A DNA stretch of 32,000 nt from Amoeboradix gromovi X-113 (GCA_018985225.1 JADGIF010000017.1:8693-40692); one strand, 5' to 3'; shown: positions 1-10,768, counted from the first letter of the stretch. The notes: generated by a model from the letters alone, not told the origin. Program-made: numbers and translations.

Positions 1-1
1 G

Positions 2-240
2 GAGAGTGTCGAAGGTACTCAGAGTCTTGCAAATAAGAAACTGATCTACTTGGAAGGAGAGTATATACTATTTACACCAGAATACAATACTTCTAAAGAA
101 TGTTATAGCTTTCGGGGAATGATGAAAATTATTCGTATGCTAGCTCATTCTCTATGATGTATTTGTTGCTAGAGATGTGAATGCGTGATACAAGAATTTC
201 AAGTCATAGATAGCCAATGTGAAAATATTGAAAGACCAAG
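2..240 (+). pseudogene. Decayed Fanzor1/TnpB-like C-terminal fragment (5' part outside the window)
   Basis: Frame 2 reads ...NKKLIYLEGEYILFTPEYNTSKECYSF (Fanzor E-x-x-TSKxC motif). A shifted frame reads ARDVNA*YKNF from 168 (RuvC-III RDxNAxxN), followed by NIERP. Stops and frameshifts are present. Confidence 0.6.
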
Positions 241-363
241 TTAGTAGACAGGAAATGATAGCAGATATGTGGCCTAATCTAATGCCCACTTTAAAGCTTG
301 CAAGTTTTGCTTTTAAAGCGGTATGTAATCCTAAAGCTATAAAATGAAACTTTTATTAAAAAG

Positions 364-1398
364 CTAAACATCGATGTTTAACTTATCATGCATAATCTTT
401 TGGAACATTTCAGGACCGCTTAAATACTTTGAGAGTTCTTTTTTGATATCGGTTGGACAATCATCGAGACAAGGGCTATTGCATTTGTTGAATGTTTCCG
501 AAGTTATCAAAACACCTCTGCGAGATAAGTTATGGATTAATAAGCTCTCCTTATTGCAAAACTTGGGTAGTGGTCTTCTAAACTTCCGATTATGATCAAA
601 AATATTAGGCTTGATTCCGTCGTTGTCAACCATTTCAACATTCAGCCCAGCAATCCAGATTCCCAGAAGAGCATCTTCGTTGCTCATATATTTTAACCAC
701 CCTTCGCTATCCTGTTGAACTAGCCAATGAACAACATCGAAACTTAGAGCATACCCAGCGCCAGCCATGTACATTGGATAGTGAGAAGAGGTGTAATCTT
801 TATTAGCCCATGGGCCTTTTCTATATACAACACCATTTTTGTAGATTTTGCCAATAACAGTTTTGTTGGGCTGGTATTTGTTTAAAAGCTGTTCAAACCT
901 TATAGCGTTGATCCAAACATCAGTGTCAGTCTTCAGTATCCATTTTAAGCCATTGAAGAGTTCCAAATGAGAATCAATGTATTTGTATATCTCAACCATT
1001 TTACGACTTAGTAGGTGGTAATCCTCTGAAAAGTCTAATAGTACTATATCATTGTTTTGAGAAGCCTCCAGTTGTAAGGCAGTGCTGTCCTGGCTATTTA
1101 AATTGTTCTTTCCTATAAAAAATAGTAGCTTCATGCTAGATGGTAACGTTTTCTTCCAAGTGGATCGAATGGCTTTTCTGTAGTGATATTGCACCTGGGT
1201 GGTAACTGATGGGATCACAATCAAAGTGCTAAATTCCTCCTCAACAACTGGGATTGATTCTGCGATAATTATTGTTGGGGCCTTTTCTTTAGGTATGAAG
1301 AATAAAAACAAAGACAGCAACAGCAGCAATCCGATGAATGTTTTAAATCGCATACTCGCAAACATTGTAATCTGTTTTTTATCTTTGAGATATTTCAT
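364..1398 (-). CDS. Beta-1,3-galactosyltransferase-like glycosyltransferase (GT31), type II membrane protein
   Basis: N-terminal TM segment; RKAIRSTW, EASQNNDI, DFSEDYHLL, KTDTDVWIN (DxD), YPMYMAGAGYALS and EDALLGIW motifs. The ORF-track start at 1488 is GTG; the first ATG is 1398 (1365 or 1353 are alternatives). Confidence 0.9.
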   Translation of the reverse strand: MKYLKDKKQITMFASMRFKTFIGLLLLLSLFLFFIPKEKAPTIIIAESIPVVEEEFSTLIVIPSVTTQVQYHYRKAIRSTWKKTLPSSMKLLFFIGKNNLNSQDSTALQLEASQNNDIVLLDFSEDYHLLSRKMVEIYKYIDSHLELFNGLKWILKTDTDVWINAIRFEQLLNKYQPNKTVIGKIYKNGVVYRKGPWANKDYTSSHYPMYMAGAGYALSFDVVHWLVQQDSEGWLKYMSNEDALLGIWIAGLNVEMVDNDGIKPNIFDHNRKFRRPLPKFCNKESLLIHNLSRRGVLITSETFNKCNSPCLDDCPTDIKKELSKYLSGPEMFQKIMHDKLNIDV

Positions 1399-1799
1399 GC
1401 CTTTTGGTGTTGGGGTGTTTGGTTTGGGTTTTGTTTTATCGGCATTACGTATCCACGAATCACGATCGTGCAAGTAATTGCCAATCACGAATTCATCAGA
1501 GCTATGAGAATTATCATTAAAATTAAATTTCTAAAGTGGGATCGCTTTAGAAAAAACTTTGATACAAAAGTTTTGAGCCATGACGAATTATAAACACAGC
1601 AAGTTAGATCAAGAGCTACTAGTGAATACAACTGTAGTTATAGTAGGTGAAAGTAGAATTCCTTAATGCAAGATTATTTGACTTCATAAGTATCAATTGA
1701 CTCTGAAGAGAGTCGGCTAAGTAATTTTTACGAGGGGAGTCCCAAGTGATATGTGCTTACGGTCAACTTTTGGAGTTACTGATAAAATTGAAACGTTTA

Positions 1800-2910
1800 T
1801 TACATAATGCCTACGTCTTTAAGTGTATTGCTAACGATTGTGTCTTTGACTGCATTAAATACAACTCTAATATTGCTAAATCAAATATAAATTACTTGGT
1901 ATCTGTAGCACAGGTAATATGTGGATAAATCTTCAACTTTGCCCTGTTTACGTTTGTAAATCTAGTCAATATGTATTTAGCAGCTCTAGTCACATCACTG
2001 CCACCTGAGTAATCCTCATATATCTTTTCCATGGGTGATCTATCCAGCTTCTCTTTAAATGCATCTGCCTTATTCAAAAATAGTATTAGTGATGATTTCT
2101 GGAACCACCGAGAATTTATTACAGAATCAAAGAGAGAAATAGACTCTTGCATTCTATTTTGACTACTATCTTCCAATAAGGTCAAATCATAATCAATTAA
2201 ACTGACAAAAAATATTACAGAAGTAACCGATTCGAAGCAATGAATCCATTTCTTACGTTCACTTCTTTGGCCGCCAACATCAAACATACTACGTTAATGA
2301 AGATGTACTGGATATTTAAGCCCTGAACTCCAAATTTCGTTTCTACAATTCCAGTTGTCTTAATCCTTACTCTAAGAATGTCCTGTTCAGTAGGGATAAA
2401 GTCCTCCTCTGCAATTCTCTCTGATTCATTTATATAGTAAGGCGTAGAATCTAGCATGTAAAACTCATTTGACCTGTATAGTGCAGTTAATGCAGAACTA
2501 TCAGCCCACAGTTCCTTAATGAGTTTGGCATGCTCTTTGGTAAACCTTAGCTCATCTGTTTTTTTCATTTCTTCAAAATCTTGAAGTAACTTGTCACAAA
2601 TTTGTTTAGAGTGTTCACTTGACCATCCAATTTTTAATTTGTTCGTTATCCCATCGTTCAACAGCATCATGCCAGTAAAAATATTCATAAAAATTGATGC
2701 TCTAAATGCCATTGCTTCTGGCTTCGTGTAACCATTCATATGCATGATTTTCATTTGTCGAACAATGGTGGATTTACCAGACTCACCAGAACCAAGAAGA
2801 AGTATTTTGGCTTCTTTCTTTATTAGCTCTGAATCTTTTTTTAATTCAGATTCTATGGCAGCATTTTTTTGGCGCGCTACTTTAAAATCTTTCGATTGAC
2901 ATGCGCCCAT
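1800..2910 (-). CDS. Heterotrimeric G-protein alpha subunit, fungal group III (GNA-3/Gpa2-like); exons 2910-2309, 2288-1896, 1875-1800
   Basis: MGACQS acylation motif, [34 protein letters not shown]. Removing two 20-nt introns restores NIHMFDVGGQ and the C-terminus [27 protein letters not shown]. Confidence 0.95.
1876..1895 (-). other. 20-nt spliceosomal intron (GTAATTTATATTTGATTTAG)
   Basis: GT-AG; removal bypasses a premature stop and restores the canonical G-alpha C-terminal helix. Confidence 0.9.
2289..2308 (-). other. 20-nt spliceosomal intron (GTACATCTTCATTAACGTAG)
   Basis: GT-AG; removal joins the two G-alpha ORFs in frame and creates the conserved IHMFD. Confidence 0.9.
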
Positions 2911-3003
2911 TTGTGAAACGCCCCAATTCTCAATTTAAGCTTATATATGGCAACACCATTTTTGAGTAAGAAGACAAGGTAACAAAATTAAAGGTTTATT
3001 GAT

Positions 3004-3491
3004 TTAAAAAGTGACCCATTCCTTTGACGGTTGCTCTTCACCTTTATCTTTTTTCTTTATTATGATGTTTGATTTTAAGGTGAAATCAGTAGGTAAGTCT
3101 GACAACTTCCCCAGATCTGAGGATAAAGGAGCAGAGTTAACTGTGCCTGTTATTTTGGACATTCTCTGTTGTAGTTCCATTGCATCTCCGCGGTCCAATA
3201 AACCTAGCCCGCAAAAAAACTGCTTTCCTTGTTGATCTAACTTTACAATAAAATATCTACTTGAATCTTTAACAGATGTCAATATAGACATGCTTCTTCC
3301 ATATGTTTCTCGAGTATAAGGATTGACTAGTTCAAAGTAGTTATTTTCAATTTGTAAATGACCTTCCCAAACGCAATCTAAAAAGTCTTGAGTGGAATAC
3401 GCTCCATTCTTTGAATTAATCGTGAATATTTGACATTTACACGTAAACATTTCAACTGTTTCTTTGTAAGAGAATAATTACGTCGTCGCAT
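3004..3491 (-). CDS. NECAP/PHear-domain protein (adaptin ear-binding); probable first exon 3491-3482
   Basis: WEGHLQI, VKDSSRYFIVKL, GLGLLDRGDA and C-terminal WVTF (WxxF) match the NECAP family. ATG at 3491 plus a 20-nt intron gives in-frame MRRQTVEMFTC. Confidence 0.8.
3462..3481 (-). other. Probable 20-nt intron (GTAATTATTCTCTTACAAAG)
   Basis: GT-AG, same length and A at -6 as the other introns; links an upstream ATG in frame. Confidence 0.65.
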
Positions 3492-3507
3492 TAATTTATT
3501 AAAGAAT

Positions 3508-3876
3508 TTATTTAAACATCTTCATTATTTCGTCACTCAACTCATTCAACCATAAAATAAAATATTTAAATCCAATAAATAGACACATAAAAACAGCAAA
3601 AACTCCTACCAATGTGTAAGGATATAAATATATCAGTATAAACGACGTCAATAAAAGACCACTAGGAAGTGTCATTATCGCGTATTGCGTTTTGACATTA
3701 TTTCTGTATCGTTGTACCTCCAGTGGTGGAGTTTTACGTACTCTTCTAGGTCTTCTATTTGAAATATTAGGTCTTTTGGGTTCATCTTCAGGTGATTTTT
3801 CATCTAGTTTGCTTTTGGTTACTTGTGATGTACCTTGATGTATCATAGCTTCCAATCTGGAATTCAAATCGTCCAT
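3508..3876 (-). CDS. Hypothetical small membrane protein (basic N-terminus, two C-terminal TM helices)
   Basis: First ATG at 3876 (the track start at 4011 is TTG and overlaps SNF7). Hydrophobic segments LPSGLLLTSFILIYL and LVGVFAVFMCLFIGF. Confidence 0.6.
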   Translation of the reverse strand: MDDLNSRLEAMIHQGTSQVTKSKLDEKSPEDEPKRPNISNRRPRRVRKTPPLEVQRYRNNVKTQYAIMTLPSGLLLTSFILIYLYPYTLVGVFAVFMCLFIGFKYFILWLNELSDEIMKMFK

Positions 3877-3915
3877 AAACTTTTCCTTTGTATCACTCCT
3901 TGAAATTCGTACTTC

Positions 3916-4517
3916 ATGCACTTGTTCGGAAGGAAACCACAACCAAAGGAATCGATCTTGAAGCTTCGTTCTACACTTGACATCATTGAAAAGAGAGAAG
4001 CTTATCTTCAAAATAAGATTAACAATGAATTAGTTGTTGCTAAACAAAATATGAACAATAAACGAGTTGCTCTAATGGCATTAAAGAGAAAAAAGCAGTA
4101 TGAGCAGCAGTGGGATAAGCTTATGGGTGCCAAAATGACAATTGAACAACAAGTCTTGGTTATAGAAAATGCTCAAGTCAATTATGAAGCCATGCAGGCT
4201 ATGAAGCAGGGTGCCCAATCTCTTAGCAATCTCCATAATAATATGAAAGTGGAGCAGGTTGACCAGGTGATGGATGATATTAGGGATCAAATGGATCTTG
4301 CGAATGAAATTAGTGATGCTATTGCTCAGCCAATGATTCAAATGGATGAAGACGAGCTATTAAAAGAACTTGAAGAATTAGAGGGTACTCAGCTTGGAGA
4401 AGAACTTACTCAAATATCCACCGTTAATGCTCCTAATACTCAATTAAAAAGTGCGTTATTACTAATGTAGCAGAGGAAGAAGAATTGGAAGAATTGAAAC
4501 AGGCCATGTTGTTGTAG
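3916..4517 (+). CDS. SNF7: ESCRT-III subunit Snf7/Vps32 (CHMP4); exons 3916-4450, 4471-4517
   Basis: NKRVALMALKRKKQYE, VDQVMDDIRDQ, EISDAI, DEDELLKELEEL. Splicing adds the typical acidic tail EEEELEELKQAMLL*. Confidence 0.93.
4451..4470 (+). other. 20-nt spliceosomal intron (GTGCGTTATTACTAATGTAG)
   Basis: GT-AG with a CTAAT branch motif; removal restores the Snf7 C-terminal helix. Confidence 0.88.
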
Positions 4518-4561
4518 CAGTGTATATCCAGTAAATATTTTGATTGTTAATTATAAATAAT

Positions 4562-7500
4562 TTACTTCTTGCTGATCATCATATCAATGATCTGATTAAT
4601 CTCTTGTTTCCTGTAATCCAAATTACTCTGAAATAACTTACTTAGTTCATTCCTAATGTCTTTTTTAGAAGTACTCGTTAGATCACACATAGTCATGATT
4701 CTCTGTATTTCTTGGACCAATTCTGCGTGTGTTGGTACTAAATCATTCATAGTCTGTGGTGCGAATGAAACGTCACTTTGAACATACCCTGCCTCGCTTA
4801 CTGGATACACTGGTGGTTGAATGTCAAACATAGATCCACGTGGGTCTACGATAGAATATCTCTGGTTCTCCATTATCGGCATGCCGCTAACCACCGATCC
4901 CTCGTAATCGGGATATAATGTCATACCTGATTGTCTGTTCATATCCATTTGTGAATAAACTGATTGCCTATTCTCATACACCTGGCTGACCTGAGTTTTA
5001 CTTTCTTCCTCATCCCACAACTGACGTTCGTAGTCGCTAAACTTCTTGTGTGGTATTTGTTGTATATCAAACACCTCATTATCCCTTGTATGTATTTGCT
5101 GCTTACTTCCCTCTCCAATCACTATTCTTGTATTTCCCCAGCTAAAATCATCCATGTGCCAGAAACTGTAAATAGGTATGGCAAATCCAAAAAGTGGAAG
5201 GGCCAACAGATAAACAAACATCCAAAGAATATGCTGCCATTGTCTTCTTACTATGAATATTATGATTTGCAGTCCGTAAATTGCAGCCAACATTATTAAT
5301 GATATCAATGGGAACGACTGGCTATTTCTAGTGATTAAACCATATATAACATACCCTATTAAATAGAACAGATACAAAACAGTAGCAGGTTGTATAATTG
5401 TACCAAACAAGTCAAGAAACACAAAGAATCTCATTGAGAATATACAAAACCCACACATATTATTCAATGTTAATAATTCGAACAGGTTATGTATGGTTGA
5501 ATTGATCCAACGACGTCTTTGGGATAACAATACACTCCACGACTCTGGCACATGAGTGTGACATATCGCATCCGGGGTGAAAGTTGTCTTCATCTTAGAA
5601 AAGTTTTTCAACATCAAAGTTGTCAAGTATCTATCTTCACCCAAAGACAACAAGTTCTTTTTGTGCAGAGTATCCAAGTTTGTGTCGCTGTAACTATCAA
5701 TGATGCTATCATGTATTAACAGTGGCTGATTTTTAATTGGAGATCTTAGTCTGTACATGCAGAAACAGCCAGGTAGACACGTGACTGTACCAAACATGCC
5801 TTCAAATGCTTTTGCTAGATGGTGACTGATAAAGTATTCGTATGGTTGAATCATTGTAGTCATTGATGCTTCTTCATTTGCCAATCGAGTTTCACCACAA
5901 GTTCCAACAACCATTTTATCGTTGGCCATTGTAGCAACCATTCTATTTAAAGATAATTGATTAACAATCGTGTCAGCATCCACGTAAAACAGAAATTCAT
6001 AAAAACTAGGATCTACTCCAATCACATTCTTCATTTGATGGTACATTTCTAGTTCTAATGGAGATTGCTGTCTGTCAAAGAAAACTCTATTCAGGAATCG
6101 CATTAATATGATTTGTGAATCTCTTTTACCCCTGTTACCAGGTTTAATCTTTTCACTTGGCTTACCTACTTTGACTATAACCAGGTATGGTACTAAGTGA
6201 CCCGCATGTTCATATAGCCCACTATACACCTTTGCCATATTGTGCTGCCTACTTCCCTCTCCAACGCTCTGAAATGATAAAGGTTCAGGGTCTAGATTAG
6301 GATCGACTCCTAATATATCCAAAACTATTCTAGGTGTCGGTCTATCGTTACCACTTCCTATAATCATACCGTCACACACTATAAACAATAGTTTGCGTTT
6401 GTCGTCGTACTTTAACTCAGCTAATGAATCAATAGTACGCTTTAGACTATCCTCTCCTTCTGTATAACAAGGTACTTGCAGTATAACAAACTTGTCATGG
6501 TCCTCAGGATCACTACCGGTTCTTAAAGGTAAAGCTGCTAAGAATTTCACACCGATTGTTATCACTATCAGAGCGGATGCAAATATCAACAACATGCTAG
6601 TAAACACACATTTAAATGATTTAGATTCGTCAACCTTTCCTGCTGTAAAAAGATTATTAAAACAATCCCTTAGATCGGGGTCATTTTCCCAAATATTCAT
6701 AAATTCACTGTCATCTATTAAATCACCACCAAAGTTACGAGCAATTATTCCTATAACATCACTTAAGAATTGCATTTGGCTAGTCGTGGCTGCTTCCGTA
6801 TAAACTGTGAAGTCATAGACTCTGCTGCCCAAGATTACCATATTTCTAGCATCTTTGTCAGCCATTGCAAAGCTACGTACCTCATCTCTGCTAAACCCGA
6901 GTTGTCCTACCACCTTGTACGCATCCTGTAGAAATGGTTCCATAATGGTTGCTTCGCCAACCCCCATTCCACCGTTCTTGCTAGCATCTTTATAAAATGC
7001 CTTGTGGCTAGCTCTGATATCTGGTCTAATGAGCGCCAGCTTTGCTGCTCTTATCAACTGAAAGTCGTAATTTGCTTTTGCACAAAATCCACCAGGTGAT
7101 CTTCTGAATGCTTCGGTAATATCCTGACCTGCATATGAGTCAACTAGCTGAGTAAATGGATGCTTTGCAGGATCTAGCTGTTTGAATGTCTGAATGTTGT
7201 ACACTGCGCCATAAATAGATGTCAACGGATAATCATCCGACGTTTTAAATTGCAATGACGCATAAGGAATTATTTTACCCGGCGGACAAACGATGGGAGC
7301 TATTCCTACTATGAAAAACAGAGATATTGCACTCAACCAGAATATTATAATGCAAAGCGCTACTTTCTCCCTCCATGCCAGTTTGATATCCTTTCGTTTG
7401 CTTCCTGTACATATGCAGAATGACGGAATAAGCCATGTCAAGGCATACACACAACAGAGCCATTTTCTTCTTGTCGAGGACACTTTCTCTTCAACCACAT

Positions 7501-9832
7501 CATAGACGCCTGCTTGGTTTATATGATCGTGCACTTGTAGACCCTTGTTATCATCGTGATCACCTAACTCTCTGAATCCGTCAGTTAATGCTACAGTTGA
7601 TCGTATATCGTCCAATGATTCCTCTTCCTCTAGTTCAACAAAAGATCTATGAGCATCAAAACTCATCTCTGATTGGTTGCCATCCATATCTACTGCACTC
7701 TTTCTTTTACTGCTCTCCTGCTTTCTAATTGGGTCCTCAAAGTATCTCCAACCTGATTCTGTGCAATGTACAAACTCATGTCCAATAAATATTTGAGATT
7801 GCAGCAACTCTAAACTTGATAAGCAATGGTTTATACTCTGTCTACTATCACCCATTGGCATAATGTACTCTGAGTATCGATTAGCAAACTCGTCTAGAGG
7901 TATTTGCACCGTGAATGGCACTATAGCCTTTTGCTCTTGCTGAATTAAATCTGCTATCCTTAATGATTTCAGTTGTTGCTTCACTCTATAGTCATCAAAG
8001 ACGTCTGCTCGTGGCTCATCACTTGGTGCTATGCAGAATATGTACCAAGGATTGGTAGTCTCCAAAGTTGTTAGTACATCTTCCAATGATCCTAGCAGCT
8101 CTGTTAGCACTGTAGGATCGCTTTTTGTTGCAAGCCCCTTCTTCCTTCTGACACTAGGAGTTCTAACCGGTCTGCTTCCTCCAAAACCCCCAACAATAGT
8201 CTTTTCGCTTCTTGGATGGAACTTGGCACTTAAAAGCTTGTCTTGAAAGAGATCGCTGACAAAAGAGGATGGATTGTTTTTGAATAGACTAATGAAATCT
8301 GCAGAAATCATTTCCTGATTCTTGGCAATGAATTCATTGCATTCATAAATCACGCTACCGCAGTAATGGTCTACTCCAAATCTGTTGGCCATTTCAGCGT
8401 GTAAATAGCCATTAGATTTCTGATGATGCTTGTGAATTAAATCAATCAAGTCGTGCACTGTCTTTTCAGGATGGTTCCTTCTCGTTTCTTGATTTATCAA
8501 ATGAATAATTCCATTCTCTTGATTGTTTAGCAAGTCCAAAACCTGCTTATTGTGCGCCAATATGTCTTTAACCTCCAAAGGATACCCATCTTTGTTCAAC
8601 TTGTTATAAGAATCCATAAGATTCGTCCAAATGAAGTTGACAATGGTCTCGTTGGTCTCATTAACACAGAAATCGTAGAACTTGGATGTTTTGGTCTCTT
8701 TATGACCAGTGAAGTTTAAGATACCAATGATATTTGCAAACTCACTTCTACATAGTCGATGGTTGATGGCTTCTACAATCCAAGTAAATAGCAGACCATA
8801 TAGAGTTTTAGACATTTGATCCCTGTGAGACCTAGCACCTTGAGCATTCAAGAACTTTGTGTAGACATCTTTACCCGAAATAGCAGCAGAGGTTGTTATT
8901 GTAACTTCCAAGTCATTCTGGTCAATTTCTAACAGCGTAGAAATGATAACCAGCACATCAGGATTTCTTATTGAGCATTGCAAATCGGAATGGTCAGTAG
9001 CGTCATCAAACTCCAGCCTGCTTAGATGTAAAATGGCTGATAGTAGTTGCCAAATCTTCAACTGAGTTTTTTTACCCATTCCAATAGATTTCATCGATGC
9101 TTTTAGGTCTTCAAATCTTAGCTGATCATCCCATTTCGGTATTTCCATAATGCCTCCCGTTAAGCAAGGATACTGATCTGCAGCTAATAAATGACAATGT
9201 TCCTTGATATCGCTGTCAGCGCCTTTTAAAAGATAATAAAAAGCGTGGAAAGTTCTTTCTTGTTTCTTTAAATCAACCAGTCTATCCTTGTCCAATAAAT
9301 AATCCAACACTTTCATTCCAATCATTTTGCCGCGCTCATTAAACTGGAGTTCAGAAAACATTCCAAAACGAGAACTATCTACATCTTCGGGTGATTTGGC
9401 ATTGCCAAAGGCTTCAAGAACCGCTAATGCGGCCATGACTCTATTATGAATTTTGTTGTCTTTCTTAGAATTGCCAGAAATTGCACATAACTGACGCAAG
9501 ACTGCATTTAATTGCAAAGACTGACCGGATCCACTATCACCAGTTAGAATTATGGACTGGTCTTTCTTTAATCTACGAAGGTGCAGATATGCATTGTTTG
9601 CAATTGCATAAACATGTGGGTCAACCTTGGCCTCGCTGTTTTTGTAGTTTTTAAAGTACCTTTTTTGCTCCTTTTCACTGAACAAAGCATCAACATATTT
9701 GTGTGGATGCATAGCAATCATTGAAGAGCCGAGCTCAGTGTAAATGTCATCCTGGAAAAACCGTTGCTTTAAAACATCAACTGCCTCTGAGGCAGGAGCA
9801 GAAGATAAATTCCTTGGTGTTATTGAAGACAT
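4562..9832 (-). CDS. Chitin synthase with N-terminal myosin motor-like domain (class V/VII type), cytochrome b5-like region and C-terminal DEK-C domain
   Basis: PHVYAIA, LEAFGNAK, SSRFG (myosin); AWREKVALC, VPCYTEG, GNRGKRDSQ, VTCLPGCF, LGEDRYL, SQRRRWINST, DDFSWGNTR (GT2 chitin synthase). First ATG is 9832. Confidence 0.97.
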   Translation of the reverse strand: MSSITPRNLSSAPASEAVDVLKQRFFQDDIYTELGSSMIAMHPHKYVDALFSEKEQKRYFKNYKNSEAKVDPHVYAIANNAYLHLRRLKKDQSIILTGDSGSGQSLQLNAVLRQLCAISGNSKKDNKIHNRVMAALAVLEAFGNAKSPEDVDSSRFGMFSELQFNERGKMIGMKVLDYLLDKDRLVDLKKQERTFHAFYYLLKGADSDIKEHCHLLAADQYPCLTGGIMEIPKWDDQLRFEDLKASMKSIGMGKKTQLKIWQLLSAILHLSRLEFDDATDHSDLQCSIRNPDVLVIISTLLEIDQNDLEVTITTSAAISGKDVYTKFLNAQGARSHRDQMSKTLYGLLFTWIVEAINHRLCRSEFANIIGILNFTGHKETKTSKFYDFCVNETNETIVNFIWTNLMDSYNKLNKDGYPLEVKDILAHNKQVLDLLNNQENGIIHLINQETRRNHPEKTVHDLIDLIHKHHQKSNGYLHAEMANRFGVDHYCGSVIYECNEFIAKNQEMISADFISLFKNNPSSFVSDLFQDKLLSAKFHPRSEKTIVGGFGGSRPVRTPSVRRKKGLATKSDPTVLTELLGSLEDVLTTLETTNPWYIFCIAPSDEPRADVFDDYRVKQQLKSLRIADLIQQEQKAIVPFTVQIPLDEFANRYSEYIMPMGDSRQSINHCLSSLELLQSQIFIGHEFVHCTESGWRYFEDPIRKQESSKRKSAVDMDGNQSEMSFDAHRSFVELEEEESLDDIRSTVALTDGFRELGDHDDNKGLQVHDHINQAGVYDVVEEKVSSTRRKWLCCVYALTWLIPSFCICTGSKRKDIKLAWREKVALCIIIFWLSAISLFFIVGIAPIVCPPGKIIPYASLQFKTSDDYPLTSIYGAVYNIQTFKQLDPAKHPFTQLVDSYAGQDITEAFRRSPGGFCAKANYDFQLIRAAKLALIRPDIRASHKAFYKDASKNGGMGVGEATIMEPFLQDAYKVVGQLGFSRDEVRSFAMADKDARNMVILGSRVYDFTVYTEAATTSQMQFLSDVIGIIARNFGGDLIDDSEFMNIWENDPDLRDCFNNLFTAGKVDESKSFKCVFTSMLLIFASALIVITIGVKFLAALPLRTGSDPEDHDKFVILQVPCYTEGEDSLKRTIDSLAELKYDDKRKLLFIVCDGMIIGSGNDRPTPRIVLDILGVDPNLDPEPLSFQSVGEGSRQHNMAKVYSGLYEHAGHLVPYLVIVKVGKPSEKIKPGNRGKRDSQIILMRFLNRVFFDRQQSPLELEMYHQMKNVIGVDPSFYEFLFYVDADTIVNQLSLNRMVATMANDKMVVGTCGETRLANEEASMTTMIQPYEYFISHHLAKAFEGMFGTVTCLPGCFCMYRLRSPIKNQPLLIHDSIIDSYSDTNLDTLHKKNLLSLGEDRYLTTLMLKNFSKMKTTFTPDAICHTHVPESWSVLLSQRRRWINSTIHNLFELLTLNNMCGFCIFSMRFFVFLDLFGTIIQPATVLYLFYLIGYVIYGLITRNSQSFPLISLIMLAAIYGLQIIIFIVRRQWQHILWMFVYLLALPLFGFAIPIYSFWHMDDFSWGNTRIVIGEGSKQQIHTRDNEVFDIQQIPHKKFSDYERQLWDEEESKTQVSQVYENRQSVYSQMDMNRQSGMTLYPDYEGSVVSGMPIMENQRYSIVDPRGSMFDIQPPVYPVSEAGYVQSDVSFAPQTMNDLVPTHAELVQEIQRIMTMCDLTSTSKKDIRNELSKLFQSNLDYRKQEINQIIDMMISKK

Positions 9833-10768
9833 TAGTTGTTGAAGAGGTGGGAACTTAATAAAAATACCCAAAAATTACTGTTAGGCCAATCAAGTTACAC
9901 TAATCACTTCTTACCAATGATTAAAAATGTTTGCATTAATTTATAGATCTTTGATTCATATCAGCAAGCCTATATTAAGAGATAGCTTGTTGAAACCTAG
10001 TGCCTCTATCAACTTTCATTTTGATATTTCAAGCAATGCTACCGACCTTGCAAATATTTCTGTACTTTTGAGAGCCTTTTATGTTACCTAGAATAAACCA
10101 CATAACAGAATATTCGCATGTTTATCAGAAGTCCAAGACCTTTGCATCAGAAGATTTAGTAGAAATTGATCGTAGATAACATAACATTTATGAGATTTTC
10201 TATCAAACTAGCAAACTTTTGAGACAGCCTCTGTAAAAGCCCTAAATACTCAATTTTCACCAAAATATTAAAAATGGTGGTTTCTGTGTTACCAAGACTT
10301 GATCTAACTAAAAATCAGGGTGTCAGGATCATGTGACCACCTATATGTTAATTGGCTTTGGGCAGATGAGCTTTTGAAGTAAAATTTGTACTTTCAAATG
10401 AAAAAATTGAACTAATTTCATATAAAATTTACTCTGACGACTTGATCTTATACTTGTTTATCCGATGTGTCTTAATCCCTTGTAATTCGTTTTTAACTAC
10501 ATCGCCCAACTTTTGGCGAATATGTACCAATCAGTTCATTTCACATTGGAGTACATAACGACGAAAACATCAATTTATTGGAACTCTATCTTGTCGTGTT
10601 CAAAAGAAATAAGAATTTGAATTAAGCCAAAAAAATATCATGTATTCAGAATACACCTCATCTTGTTTAACAGCTGCTTTAAAAACATTGTTTTATATCT
10701 CGATCAATAGCTTTTGATCTTCTATTCTTATTTCAAATTACAGCCTCGAAAGTTCCAAAACTGCATTT

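Noticed and set aside
1892-2910. G-alpha as a frameshifted pseudogene or two genes
   Set aside because: Two GT-AG micro-introns restore a complete canonical protein.
3877-4011. True antisense coding overlap between the 167-aa ORF and SNF7
   Set aside because: The overlap depends on a TTG start; the first ATG (3876) lies outside SNF7.
4964-8246. Short antisense and alternative-frame ORFs within chitin synthase (and similar ones inside other long genes)
   Set aside because: Shadow ORFs of conserved genes, with no independent motifs.
9900-10768. Gene or ncRNA in the CHS-Fic spacer
   Set aside because: Only short stop-ridden frames with no recognisable motif; may be decayed element DNA but cannot be supported.
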